A stretch of DNA of 64,000 nt from Macrostomum lignano. Lineage: Eukaryota. The stretch is taken from the NCBI GenBank assembly GCA_002269645.1, contig NIVC01000064.1, forward strand, positions 62,001 to 126,000, given 5' to 3'. Below the pieces are notes generated by a model. The model saw nothing but the letters and a program-made list of their open reading frames with translations, was not told the DNA's origin and did not search any database. The position numbers were made by a program, and so were the translations under genes. This document shows, piece after piece, positions 12,140 to 25,909 of the stretch. Every line of letters begins with the position of its first letter. Position 1 is the first letter of the stretch.

Positions 12140-12790
12140 TCTCCATTCCTCAATCTTCTCATCCTCTTTTTCTTTTCTCTCTCATCCCTTATCCCTTCTC
12201 TCTTTCCTCTCCTCTCCTATCTCTTCTGTCTCCTCTCTACATTCTTATCTCTCCTCTCGTCTCTCTCCATTCCACTCTACTCTCTCATCTTATCTTCCCT
12301 CTCGTCTCTCTCCACTCTACTCTCTCATTATCTCTCCTCTCTTTTCTACTCTCTCATCTCTCCTCTCTTCACTCTCCTCTCATCTCCTCTTTATCCTCTC
12401 TTCTCTCATCTACTCTCTCCTCTTTCCTCTTTCCTCTCTTCTGATCTTATCCATCATCTTTTCTTTCCTCTTTCCTCTAATCTCCTCTTCTCTCTCATCT
12501 CTTTTTCCTCCCTCAGCTTTTCTCTCCTCTTCTATCTTTTCTCCCATCGCATCGCTCGCCTCTCCTCTGTTTGCTTATCTCTAATCTTCTATTCCCTCTA
12601 CTTTGAAGTAAGAAAATATGCACATATTTTTGCTGAAGATAAGAGGAGAGAAGAGGGCATTGAGGAGAAAGGGTAGAGAGAAAGGGGAGAAGAGAGGAGA
12701 GTAAAAATGAGAGGAGAGAGAAGAGGGAAAAGGAGGGGAGAGAGAGGAGGGGAGGCAAGGTAGAGAAGAAGAGAGAGATGAGAGTTGAAG
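12140..12790. repeat. CT-rich then GA-rich low-complexity tract
   Basis: Polypyrimidine 12140-12600, polypurine 12640-12790. Confidence 0.9.
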
Positions 12791-12814
12791 AGACACCAAC
12801 CTTGCTACTCGTAG

Positions 12815-12889
12815 TTAGGAAGTTTCAAAGAACCCGAGGGGCGAGGGCCAGATAGAGGGGCTTCGCGAGCCGGAGTTTGCCAACCCCTG
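12815..12889. mobile_element. hAT (Charlie-like) non-autonomous element right end
   Basis: cgcgagccggagtttgccaacccctg resembles the typical hAT-Charlie terminus (..gtttgccgacccctg). A related gaagtttcaaag subterminal segment follows the GA tract at ~17915. The left end was not found. Confidence 0.5.
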
Positions 12890-13029
12890 CTCCAGAGTTT
12901 AAGAAATGACGCGGGCTTCTGATTTCAAAGATCTTGTCTGTGGTTGAAGGCTTCTATTCTGTTTTTGCTCTCCTGCCACACTTGCACCTACTACCCCTGA
13001 TTGCCTCTGATTGTGACTTACTTCCCTCT

Positions 13030-13545
13030 TATTGCGACTTAGTTGCTTCTTTTTGCGACTTACCTAATCCTTTTTGCGAATTACTTAATCCTTTTTGCGA
13101 CTTACCTAATCCTTTTGCGACTTACCTAACCCTTTTGCGACTTACCTAATCCTTTTTGCGACTTACTTAATCCTTTTGCGACTTACCTAACCCTTTGTGA
13201 CTTACCTAATCCTTTTTGCGACTTACCTAATCCTTTTTGCGACTTACCTAATCCTTTTGCGACTTAGCTGATCCTTTTGCGACTTACCTAACCCTTTTGC
13301 GACTTACCTAACCCTTTTGCGACTTAGCTGATCCTTTTGCGACTTACCTGATCCTTTTGCGACTTACCTGATTCTTTTTGCGACTTACATAATCCTTTTT
13401 GCGACTTACCTAATCCTTTTGCGACTTACCTAACCCTTTTGCGACTTACCTAATCCTTTTTGCGACTTACTTAATCCTTTTTGCGACTTACTTAATCCTT
13501 TTGCGACTTACCTGATCCTTTTTGCGACTTACCTGATTATTTTTA
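13030..13545. repeat. Minisatellite, 21-22 bp unit gcgacttacctaatcctttt(t)
   Basis: About 24 imperfect tandem copies. Confidence 0.95.
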
Positions 13546-16500
13546 CAACTTAGTTTGCTTCTTTTGCGAATTGTTTTTCTTTTGCTTCATTATTTTCCCT
13601 GAACTGCTCTTTCTTTCGCTTTCCTCTTGCCTTTCTTGGTTCTTGTGTTTTTCTGTTTTTGGTTGACTCAATTTTGCGACTTACCCCTGGTCAGCCACGA
13701 TTTACGGTGGCCGGATCGGCCAGGTCGGCCAGCAGTTGCGCATGTATGTTTTTGACATTAAAGTTCATAAAGAACTACTTATGCAGCACAATAGTCAAAG
13801 AGCCATTAAATAGGCTTGTAATAGCATTTATGCATCAATAGCTGCTTCTTAATATATCCAAATCTAATACAAAAAATATATAATTGCAACATTATGTTAT
13901 ATTACTTTTCATATTACTTATACTTGTTATATTGTCTTTTATTAAAGTTCAACATGCATAGGTAGACACATAGTAAAAATCATTCTAGCATGCATGTGCC
14001 ACTTTCTTGACTATAGGCAAAGTAGCATAGTGCAATTAAGTTGTGATAAGACTACAAAAAAGATGAAAACCCTTTGATCTTTGGTAGTGCTATTTTAGAA
14101 ATTAGAAATTAGTAATTAGTAGTCAGCAATGTCTTGCCACTTGGGCACTGAAGCTACCAAGGGTAAATTGTATTGACAATAACTTATTTTTGGTAAGTAA
14201 TTACAAAGTAGGCCAAAACAATATAAGAACCAATTATTTCAATGATTGGTTGATTTGGCAACAGTCAGTTTGGCAATATACATATATGAAATGGGGGTGG
14301 TTTTGACTTTTGAAGTGCTACCTACATATGCACATTGCATTGCTGCACCACCTGCTAGCTTTGCTGAGTTGCTTACTGGCTTTGTCAAGTTGCCTGCTAG
14401 TTTTGCTGTGCCATCTGCTGGCTTTGTCACGCCAGAATGGCATACCTACTAAGTGCTAAAAGGGAGTTTAGAGAGAAAGAAGTTAGTGTTGATTGCCTAT
14501 AGCTGTTATAGCTTTGTAGTTTTGAAAAATTAAGGAGCAAGCACATGTATTTCATGTCATCTATTGCCACATTTAAACCTCTAGGCTGCAAAATTTGTAT
14601 ATTAATACTAGAAGTCTCCACTTTTCTAAACTATTTTTGACTATGCTTAGATTCAATCTATAGATTTAATTGTTCAAAAGCTGACTTTGAAATTTGTCTG
14701 TATAGCACAAATTAATGTCACTGCCATTTTTCCATATAGAAAAATTAATCAGCAGTTTTTTGCTACAAACTATATTCAAACTAGAACCTTTGCAACTTTT
14801 GTAAACTAGGTATAGGCTACATGGCTATGAAGTATGATCTGGAGCATTTAAGAACTTGGCATTTTGAAGAAAGGTGTGCACAAACAAGGACATTGAAAGG
14901 TAGCACAAGAAGCTAAATGCCAAAGCAGCATCAGCATGGTTGACTTTAATTTTACCTGCTAGTACAGCTATTGCATGGAAAGGCGCAGATAGTTACAAAT
15001 GTTAATCATCAAAACAATATACTTAATTATATTTTTAAAACTTAGAGATTTTTAGTAAAAATATATATAAGCCCCTCCTTATAAATTTAGTATAAGTCTG
15101 AACTTGTACTAAACCTAATACAAGTTGTTAGTCAAGACTTCAAAAGGGCATATGTAGCCTTTATTCTTGTATCTCTTTTAAAAATGTTATTTGACATGAT
15201 TAAAACCAAATTACATTTATTTAAATGGTAAAGACTAATGACAATATTGTTAAATTTCAATGAGTAATATTACTTTCTTCAAACTTTAGCATTTGCCAAG
15301 TTGGCTATCATTTAATTAATTTATTGTTAAATTGGCTATTGTCAAATTGAGGCTCTTTATATTGCTTGTTCTGGTTCTAGAACCAGAACCAATTTGTAAA
15401 GTAAAACTTTTTGTCTCCTAAACTAGATGGATATTAGTGCTTTTTAATTGTGATTATTGAATGGCAATAGCCAAAAAGAAAGTGAAAATTAGTGCAAAGT
15501 GAGGCTATTAAGGCAGTCAAACATTCAACAAAGTTAAATAGTTATACTGCTTTTTTTCTTAGAAATCCGAACCGATTCTGGTTCTGGAATTGATCGCCAT
15601 GAAGAGGCTCATTCACAAAACTCAAAAGGCCAAAATAGCATAAATTGGTAGCATTTTGAAAGATCTTTTAGGGAGAAAAGCAATCTTTCTAGTTATAACT
15701 TAATAGTAGCAACAAGATTTTAAGGGGAGAAAAGGATTAATAACAACTTAGTGTCACAATTAGGATAAAAGTTAATGTCCCTATATAAAAACTTGGTGAT
15801 AGCAATAAGATTTTATATATACAAGAACAATAAGCCCTAGTACATTATCAATAAAGAAGCCTAACCTAAGCTATAACTAAGGCCAAGGAAAAAAATTCAA
15901 AGCCAGAATGATATATTATTAGGCATACAAACTAGTTAAATAATACTAACTGAGCTATTCCATTTAAAATCCACTGTGGATTCCGCATTTTACTGGGTGC
16001 CAGTAACAGGGGTAACTAGGACCTAGACCTATTTAGGCCATGTAGTTAAAGACCTATTCATGAAAATTAAATCATTGATTATATACAATACATTCAAATT
16101 CATTCTGTTTTAAAATTTCGAAAATGTATAGTTAACGCATAACAGTCAAAAACAGAGCAGACCCGTTCTATCTCGTACTTATTCCTCCCAACGTTCCAAT
16201 TCCAATACAACTAGGCGTAGTGTAGCATGCCATAGTCTCAATGGCTGAGTGGAAGAGTGGGTCAATGCCTAGCAAAAAGCTACCCGCAGCCGCAATGAAT
16301 GCATCATGCATCTAGACTTCTCACGCGCGTCACGCGCACTATAAATTTTTCAAACAAAAAAATTTGTTTGAGTTACCCATTTTAACAAAAACTAAGCAAG
16401 CAACTTACTCATTTGAGTTTGAATTAAACTTTTTGCAATACGTACCGTTTCAAGTTACATAAAACTTTATTTTACACTTTAACGGGTTTAACTGATTTAC

Positions 16501-16559
16501 AGTATGTTCTAGTTCAAAATTGACTACTGTAATGAATAGTACTTGCCGAGAGAAGAAAA

Positions 16560-16760
16560 CTGATCGATAGCAGGGTGGCTTTAATCCGTCCAACCCTCAC
16601 ACACCATTTCCCCACTTCATTCTTCAATTCAAGTCTGCCACAGCGTAGCTGAGTTGCGTCACTTTCAGATTAAGAGACTTTCCCTGCACTCAAAAATCGC
16701 GACCATAGACAATAGACGGAATTTTCTGTGATAGCGACTGTTCGATGTTGCTAAGTATAA
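16560..16760. repeat. Interspersed repeat shared with 47620-47810
   Basis: ctgatc..gctttaatcc.tccaaccctc.cacacc..cgtagctgagttgcgtcact..gagacttt.cctgcactc aligns by eye at both loci. Confidence 0.8.
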
Positions 16761-17134
16761 AATCCATAAAATCTATAAAAAGTTCCATCCCCCAATTGTT
16801 TGTCACTTTGCCGCTTGGATTGTCACTCAATTGTTTGTCACTGGATCACCAGATTAGGCCTAACTGGAAGCCATGCCATGCCAATTGATAAATAGTCTAT
16901 TAGGCTTATGACTATGACATTAATATAGTCTATGCTAGGCCTATGTCTGACTTTAAATTTGCCTAGACAGTGGAAGCTGAACAAGCACAGATTTTTGGTC
17001 AAGCCAAGACTTGGTGCTTATGTCAAGTAGTCAAGAAATGTCAGGCAAGTAATCTGCACATTTTTATATAGTTGCATTTCTATAACCATAGGCCTAGTCA
17101 CATTGTCATCGCTCATTTTAAATGAGAATTTCAG

Positions 17135-17915
17135 AAAAGAGGAAAGGCGAGAGAAAGGATAAAAGATAGGCCTAAGATAAAAGAGGGTGAAGATGATGAG
17201 AAAGAAGGGGAGAAGAGGGGAGAGAAAGGAGAAGCAAGATGAGAGAGTAAAGAAAAGAGAGAAAAGATAAGGTTGTAGAGAAAGATAAGAGAGGTGTAAA
17301 GAGAGATAAGAAATGAGATAAAAAGGAGAAGAAGAGAGTAGAGAAAGAACAGAGGAGATAAGAGAGGGAGAGAGTATAGAAAAAGGAAAAGAAAAGAAAG
17401 AAAAAAGGAATATGAGGAGTCAAAAGAAGGGGAAAAGAGAGACAAGGGGAGAAAGGAGTGAAAAAGGAGAGGAAAGAGGAGAATAGAAAAGGGAGAGAAT
17501 AGAGAGGAAAAGAAAGATTGGGGAGGAGAGAGAGAGAAAAAAGAGAGCAGAGAGTAATGAGAAAAGATAAGAGAGGACAAAAAAGAAAGGAGAGATAAGC
17601 AAGCAAATACAAAAGAGGGGAAAGAGAAGAAAAGAGATAAGAAAAAAGAGAGTAAAGAGTAGAGAGGTAAGAGGAGAGAGTAAATGAGAGTTAAGAGAGA
17701 AGGGAGAATGAGGAATAAGAAGAGGGGAGAAAGAAGAGAGTAGAGAACAGAAAGGAATAAGAAAAGATAAAAGAGGAGAAAAGAGACAAGAGAGAACAGA
17801 GGACATAGAAAAGAATAGAGAGGAGAAGGAAGAGTTGAGAAGAGAAAGAAAAGAGAGGAGAGACAAGGGACGAGAGACAAGAGAAGAGGGGAGAGAGGAA
17901 ACAGAAAAGAAGATA
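17135..17915. repeat. GA-rich low-complexity polypurine tract
   Basis: About 780 bp of almost only A/G; explains the Leu/Ser/Phe ORFs on the minus strand. Confidence 0.95.
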
Positions 17916-18797
17916 GAAGTTTCAAAGGATCCAAGGAACACAAGGAAAGTCAGAGGCAGAGGCCAGCAGAGTTTTTCAATACATGTTTTAGAGTCAAAGA
18001 GATATTGTTTGACATTCTACGTAGCACCCCAGCCAACATTATCAAATGTTTGCCTCAAATCCTTATTTTACACAATTATATTTTATTTTATATTTACCTC
18101 TATCTTCTTACAAGTTTTTGTTTGAGTATGGCCTCAGATTTCAGAATGCATGCAAAATTAGTTCTAGGTATTAGAATTCCCAAGGTTTTAAATCTGTGGG
18201 TATCAACAGCTTGTATAAATATATAAATAACAACCTATTTGATATGTTTCTTAAATAATGTATTATAATTTTTATTTTAGGGCCAATATTCTTAAATGTT
18301 ATTTTAAAGTTTGTATGTTTTGGCATATTCAAATAAAATCTCAAATGCCTTAGCAAATAACAATGTACTTTTAAAATTGTCTGAATAGAAAAGTTATAGA
18401 AAGTGATTATATTTTGAATCTTCAATAGTCATAGGCCCTTTAAAAATAATATATTTTGCCTAGTAGCTTTTAAAGGTATAATAATAATTGTTAGCATATG
18501 TCCAATATAGAATCTTTATGGCAGTTTTCTCTATTCTACATATGGCTATAGCTATGGCTATGAGATCCTATGGCAAATATGGTAAAATAGATGCTTATAC
18601 GCCCTAAACAGCATATATTTTTTCATATAAATTTCCTAGCCATGGTTTAGTTAGTATGATTAGAGTATGAGTTTCCATGTCTTCTTTGTTGATAAATGAT
18701 ATTTTATGTCAAAAGAGTTCTTTAAGTGTCTAAATAGTAGTCAATCAAAGAGACATTGATATAGTTAGCTTAAACTTCTCGGCCAAGGGCCAAGTGA

Positions 18798-19313
<516 letters not shown>

Positions 19314-19699
19314 AAAAACACTATTGAAAAGTCGCGCAAGTGAAAAAACACTATTGAAAAGTCGCGCAAGTGAAAAAACAAAAACACAATCTTTGGATTG
19401 TTTGCTGAAGAAGACTGCTCGCATGTTTGCTTTTAGTTAACTAGCGATTGAAAGCTTTGTGAATCTTTGAACAATAAAACATTGTTCGAAAGTGAAAACT
19501 TGTTATAAGTTGCTGGAACATTGAAAGAAGAAGTCAATTTTTTGTTTGCTTTCTTGTTTGTTTCTTTTTTGTGAGCGATGCTTTAAATATCTGTGTTTAT
19601 CATGCTTGGTATTAAGATAGAGATGACTTGAGACTCCGTGTATCTACACTCGATGACTTAAAGTTTGAGTAATCTATAGACATTTATTTCTAGTCCTAG

Positions 19700-20790
19700 A
19701 GATTAAGTTATCTATAGGCTCCTGTCTCTAGATATGAAGATTACGTGTTGTATAGACTACTGTATCTAGACTTAAAGATTAAGTGATCTATAGACTCCTC
19801 TCTCTAGACCTGGAGATTAAGTGATCTATAGGCTCTTGTCTCTAGACTTGGACATTTAGTAATCTACTACTATAGACTCCTGTCTGTAGACTTGGACATC
19901 AATCAAGTGATCTAAAGACTCCCGTCTGTAGAATTGGACATCAATCAAGTGATCTATAGACTCCTGTCTGTAGAATTGGACAGCAATCAAGTGATCTAAA
20001 GACTCCCGTCTGTAGAATTGGACATCAATCAAGTGATCTATAGACTCCTGTCTGTAGAATTGGACATCAATCAAGTGATCTAAAGACTCCCGTCTGTAGA
20101 ATTGGACATCAATCAAGTGATCTATAGACTCCCGTCTGTAGAATTGGACATCAATCAAGTGATCTATAGACTCCCGTCTGTAGAATTGGACATCAATCAA
20201 GTGATCTATAGACTCCCGTCTGTAGAATTGGACATCAATCAAGTGTTCTATAGACTCCCGTCTGTAGAATTGGACATCACTCAAGTGTTCTATAGACTCC
20301 CGTCTGTAGAATTGGACATCAATAAAGTGATCTATAGACTCCTGTCTGTAGAATTGGACATCAATCAAGTGATCTATAGACTCCCGTCTGTAGAATTGGA
20401 CATCAATGAAGTGATCTATAGACTCCTGTCTGTAGAATTGGACATCAATCAAGTGTTCTATAGACTCCTGTCTGTAGAATTTGACATCAATCAAATGATC
20501 TATAGACACCTGTCTGTAGAATTGGACATCAATAGAGTGATCTATAGACTCCCGTCTGTAGAATTGGACATCAATCAAGTGATCTATAGACTCCTGTCTG
20601 TAGAATTGGACATCAATCGAGTGATCTATAGACTCCTGTCTGTTGAATTGGACATCAAGTGATCTACAGGCTCCTGTCTGTAGACTTGAAGATCAAGAAG
20701 TGATCTATAGACCCATGTCTAGACTTGAAGATTAAAAAGTGATCTGTAGACTGTCTGTCTCTAGACTTGGACATCAATTGATTTATAGAC
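19700..20790. repeat. Minisatellite, 39 bp unit gtgatctatagactcccgtctgtagaattggacatcaatcaa-like
   Basis: About 20 well-conserved copies at 19880-20660, with degenerate copies on both sides. Confidence 0.96.
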
Positions 20791-21529
20791 CCATGTCTCT
20801 GCTTTGAGTTCAAACAATCTAGACTTTGTCCTAGCTTTATCATTGGAATTCTCAAGATAATCTCGCCAAAACCGAGAATTAAAGTTCGCATTTCAAAAAG
20901 AAAGCTTTTATTAATTTATTGCTACAAGCTTAAGACTGAAAAATTGAGTCTATTAAATCCTGCTTGTAGTTTTATGTTATCTCTTCTCTCTGTTCGATTT
21001 AGCTTCTGTTAAAATTTGACTATTGGTTAACCGTCACCGACTTTTCTTGTAGCCTGACCGATTCTACATAGCCATGGAGTCATGGACCCCTTATTGAGAC
21101 TGGACTGGACTAGCAACAAATTCTATAAATATTAAGCTACCGGTGCTCTGACTTTTGGGTATAGAAAGCTAATTTAAAAACGGAGCTTTTGATTCTAAAG
21201 TAATCAATGTTATGCAAAGCTTCTATACTTCTAGTCCAGTCCAAGTGCTTACTATATTAACAGAAGTCCTTGTCTGGACTCTCCGTATCTGGTATACTCT
21301 ATATAGCCCGAATCTGGTTCAAAACGGTCACTTCAAAAGGCATGCAGATATGGTGTGACTAGCGCATAGATTGCGAAAAATTCATTCTGTAACATACCCG
21401 TATCTTACGGTGTGTGCCCAAGGCCTATCGCTAAAAATCAGCTGTTATAAATAGGACTACAGTTAAAACACTGACGCTTGAAGAAAGCAAACCACTGCAG
21501 GAGTTCTTGTTGAAACTTTTAAAAGCATT

Positions 21530-24500
21530 ATGGCCAGCACGGTCGAGTTGTCCAACTCTCCAGAAACCGAAGGCCAACAAGACCATGACTCTTCAATTGA
21601 CTATCTGGTGCGCAGAAAGGTGTACAACTATGCCAAGTTTACCGCCGACGAAGGTGAAGCTATTAAAAAGAATCGATCGCTTCGTCGAGAGATTACCAGC
21701 GGACTCAAAGACACCTGTGTGCCAGAAAAGCCAACGCTTCAACGCTTGATTCCGTTCATTGGTTTGCTACAGTCTGGCCAGTACAAGACTGACGATTTTG
21801 TGTCCGACCTCATTGCCGGTGCAACCATGTGCGTCTTCCACATTCCGCAGGGCCTAGCCTATAGCCTGTTGGCCGGCCTGAAACCCATCACCGGACTGTA
21901 CACCTCGCTAATCCCGGTACTGATCTTTGCCGTGTTTGGCAGATCGCGTCATCTGTCTATTGGCACATTTGCTGTTCTGTCACTGATACTGTTGGACATG
22001 ATTGAAGAGCATCGCGGAGCCTATTTGCAGAGGATGCAGGATAACAACATTACCGGAGCGTCGTTTGGATTCAACTACACCGATACAGACTATGCAAGAC
22101 TGCAAATAGCGATGGTTGGCAGTTTTTCTGCTTCGCTAATTATGATGTTTATCGGCCTGTTCCGATTGGGTTTCTTCATGACTTACATTTCTGATTCTAT
22201 GCTGAAAGGATTCACCACTGCTGCTGGAGTTCACGTGATGATGAGTCAGGTGCCGCTGGTGTTTGGCGTTGAAGTCCCCAGAACGACCAGCAGGTTCAAG
22301 ATTATCGGGGTGAGTTGCATGCATGTACACTGGGTGTTTTTGGGCACACCAGCAAGTTACCTTCTGTACTTTTAGACAGTAATGTACATGTACATGGTAA
22401 CTTCTGACTATGCATGTTTTACATGTACAGTCTGTAATGTACTTGTACGTGTAGGCTAAATCATGTACTTGTATGTATAGGCTAAAGCATGTACTTGTAC
22501 ATCTACGTAATTTAGGCTACATCATGTACCTGTACATGTAGGCTATATCATGTATCTGTACATGTAGGATATATACATCATGTACTTGTTCACGTAAGCT
22601 ATTGTACATCATGTACTTGTTCGCGTAAGCTATTGTACATCATGCACTTATTCACGTAAGCTATTGTACATCATGTACTTGTTCGCGTAAGCTATTGTTG
22701 TCGCGAAATTTCAGCTTGCGCTAATAGAATTCACTTGCTCCCTTTTCATTTTCTTCCATTCCCTGTGTGCCTAGTCCATCTTCTATCTACCGCGCTCTAC
22801 GTACTGTACATTCTTATCTTGTTTTCCGATTATCGATCGGTGAGTTTTCAGTCAGCCCCCCCCCCTCGGTCTCGTTAGAGCATTTTAGCCCTCGCCCTTC
22901 TTACCCATTTTCTTCTTATCTATTCTCTACCCCCCTCTCTCAACCACGCAAATAAATATACTGCTGGAGGAGCCTTTTCATCCTAACTTTGGTTTTCAAG
23001 TTGTTATTGTCAACGTATTCACTGGCCAGTGTTATTTCTTCAGTTATTTTTCTACAATTGTACATCATGCACTTATTCACGTAAGCTATTGTACATCATG
23101 TACTTGTACATGTAAGCTACATCCTGTGCATGTTTACATGTATGTAGGCTACATAAGAATATAACCTTTTTACCTGTATGCTGTACTGCTGTTGTATTGC
23201 TCTGTACAAGTTCATACATGTACTGCCGTCAAGTTAAATGTAACTTACAAGATAACCACATATGCTCAATGTGACTTATGTAAAAGTACAAATTCCATGT
23301 TCGCAGACGCTCATCAACCTGTTCAAAGTGATTCACAAGACCAACTTTGTGACTCTGGGCCTATCGGCGGCCAGTTGCATCATACTCTACCTGGTGCGCG
23401 AGTTCGTTAATCCTCGAGTTAAAAAGAAGATTCGAGTACCTTTGCCAATCGAACTGTTGATCATTATTGGCACCTTGCTGGTCTCATATTTCGCCAAGTT
23501 GAACAGCAATTTCAATGTGTCCATCGTTGGCGAAGTGCCGCGCGGCTTACCGGCTCTCCTGGTGCCCGACATGGGATTTCTTCCCACTGTGTTCGCCTCC
23601 TCCATTCCGGTGGGAATTGTTGGCGGAATAGTGTCTATGTCATTGGCTAAGCTCTATTGCCTGCAGTTTCAGTACAGCTACGACTACAATGAAGACTTTG
23701 CCATCCTGGGAGCCAGCAGTCTGGTGTCCAGCTTCTTCCAGTGCTTCTTCCCGTGTACAGCTCTGGCGAGAAACGCTGTGGTCGTGTCCGTGAGTAGATT
23801 AACAGTCAAAAGCAGAGTATATTGTGATCGCCATGTGTACAGGTAAAAGGGCCCCTTGCCCAGATGAATTGGCGAACCTGTCCCGATTGCCTGTTCCCAA
23901 TGCTTGCACCTCTTGGTTCTGGCACCCCCTTGGTGCTAAAGCCCCTTGGTGCTAAAGCCCCTTGGTGCTAAAGCCCCTTGGTGCTGGCGCTCCTGTTGCT
24001 AAAGCCCCTTGGTACTAAAGCCCCTTGGTGCTAAAGCCCCTTGGTTCTAAAGCCCCTTGATGCTAGCGCCCCTTGATGTTACCAATATAGCACCACCCGA
24101 TGGTATCCCATGATGGCGCCCCCTTTCGTGGGGCATCTGACACTGGCATCCCTCGATGTCGCCTCGCGCTGGCGCACCCTCAACAAAAAATACTGTCTAC
24201 ACCCTAGAGACTACTTACATGTTAAATAGCGTTTCAGTACTAAAGCAACTATTGCAAAAACAGCGAACATTCTGTAAACTCCAACAGGTTGGCATGAAGA
24301 GTCAGATGGCCAGCATTGTCAGCTGCGGTCTGATGCTGCTCGTACTGCTGCTAGTTGGCCCCCTATTTCACTCGGTGCCAACCTGCGCTCTGGGCTCCAT
24401 CATTATTGTATCCTTGATTGGCGTGATCAAGCAAGTGACGGAACTGCCGCAGATCTGGCGCATCTCTCGTATCGACTTCAGCGTCTGGCTGGTGGCAGCG

Positions 24501-25909
24501 CTCTCCGTGCTCATCTTGGATGTGACTCTCGGCTTGGCTATCGGTCTGGGCTTCACCCTGTTCTCCGTGATCCTGCGCACCCAGTCGGCCAGAATAGCGG
24601 TCCTTGGCCGCATTGGCGACACGGACATCTACAGAGATGTCCGCGAGTACCCAGCTGCCGAGGAGCTGCCGGGGCTGAAAATGGTCCGTTTCGACGCTCC
24701 GTTGAACTTCGCCAATGCGGAACGATTACGGGATTTTGTGATGCAGCTGGTCGATGACTGCGCCAGGCCTGCAGACTCTGATGATCAGGCTGGGAAGAGT
24801 TCGCGAGTGCACACCATCTTACTAGACTGCTCATCCTGGGTGTACGCCGATATGGTTGGCATCAGGACTGTGAAGGAGGTGAGCGTGCTGCCTCAGTACC
24901 CTGAGTCTCTATTTGGATGGGCCGCCTCCCCCAATAATCCTCAGGTAATGGTTCCAACTCCTCAGATCCTCAGATGCTGGCCTCAAATTCTCTGATCCTC
25001 AGATATGGGTTCAGCACTTCCAGATCCTCAGGTGTGTTGATCATGCAATCAGATCCTCAGGTGTTGACCCCGCGATCAGATCCTCAGGTGTTGGCCCCGC
25101 GATCAGGTCCTCAGGTGTTGGCCCCGCGATCAGGTCCTCAGGTGTTGACCCCTCGATCAGATCCTCCGGTGTTGACCCCGCGATCAGATCCTCAGGTGTT
25201 GACCCCGCGATCAGATCCTCAGGTGTTGACCCCGCGATCAGATCCTCAGGTGTTGACCCCGCGATCAGATCCTCAGGTGTTGACCCCGCGATCAGATCCT
25301 CAGGTGTTGACCCCGCGATCAGATCCTCAGGTGTTGACCCCGCGATCAGATCCTCAGGTGTTGACCCCGCGATCAGATCCTCAGGTGTTGACCCCTCGAT
25401 CAGATCCTCAGGTGTTGACCCCGCGATCAGGTCCTCAGGTGTTGACCCTGAGTCTGCGGAATGGGCAGAATTGCCTCGATGTCGATGAATGCATTGCGTC
25501 AAAGTGCTCCGCCTACAGTTATTATTTTTACTATCCCAGATCCTGAGGTGCTCATCCTACCCTAGAAGAAACACTTTCAACTGCACAACACATGCAATCG
25601 TCAGTCAATCAATCAACCTGATCCCTCCAGGCTTACGCACTTCTACTCAGCCGAAACTATCGCGTACTGTTTGCCGCTTGCAAAGATTCGGTTCGACTGC
25701 TCTTCTTCCAGGAGGATTTCCTGAAAGACGCTGACGTATCTCTTTTTTATCTCACTGTACACGACGCCGTGCTGTTTGCCAGTCGCGTGGCACCGAATAA
25801 CCAGGCAGAGACGGTCAGTGAAGTTCAAGAAGTCAAAGACACCATGGCAATTAAAATGACGAACCGTCCCGATTCTGCTAACAACGACGCTGGAGTGGCG
25901 CTGATTTGA
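21530..25909 (+). CDS. SLC26/SulP family anion transporter (prestin/SLC26A5-like) with STAS domain, ~710 aa, 4 exons
   Basis: Exons 21530-22309, 23307-23789, 24288-24878 and 25631-25909 are all phase 0, with GTGAGT/GTGAGT/GTGAGC donors and CAG acceptors. Motifs: DLIAGATM..HIPQGLAYSLLAGL.PITGLYTS, SIGTF, GFTTAA, GEVPRGLP. STAS motifs: RFDAPLNFAN, TILLDCSSWVYADMVG, FYLTVHDAVLFA. Confidence 0.92.
22560..22700. repeat. Degenerate ~31 bp intronic repeat (catcatgtacttgttcacgtaagctattgta)
   Basis: About 4 copies here and 1-2 more at 23060-23120. Confidence 0.75.
23925..24075. repeat. Intronic minisatellite, 16 bp unit taaagccccttggtgc
   Basis: About 8 copies. Confidence 0.9.
25045..25450. repeat. 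Intronic minisatellite, 27 bp unit gatcctcaggtgttgaccccgcgatca
   Basis: About 15 copies in SLC26 intron 3. Confidence 0.95.

Noticed and set aside
12042-17943. Leu/Ser/Phe-rich membrane-like ORFs at 12042-12799 and 17131-17943
   Set aside because: Artefacts of CT/GA low-complexity tracts.
19856-20662. Repetitive ORFs in the 39-bp array, and likewise 24974-25546 and 43601-44408
   Set aside because: Tandem-repeat translations with no domain signal.
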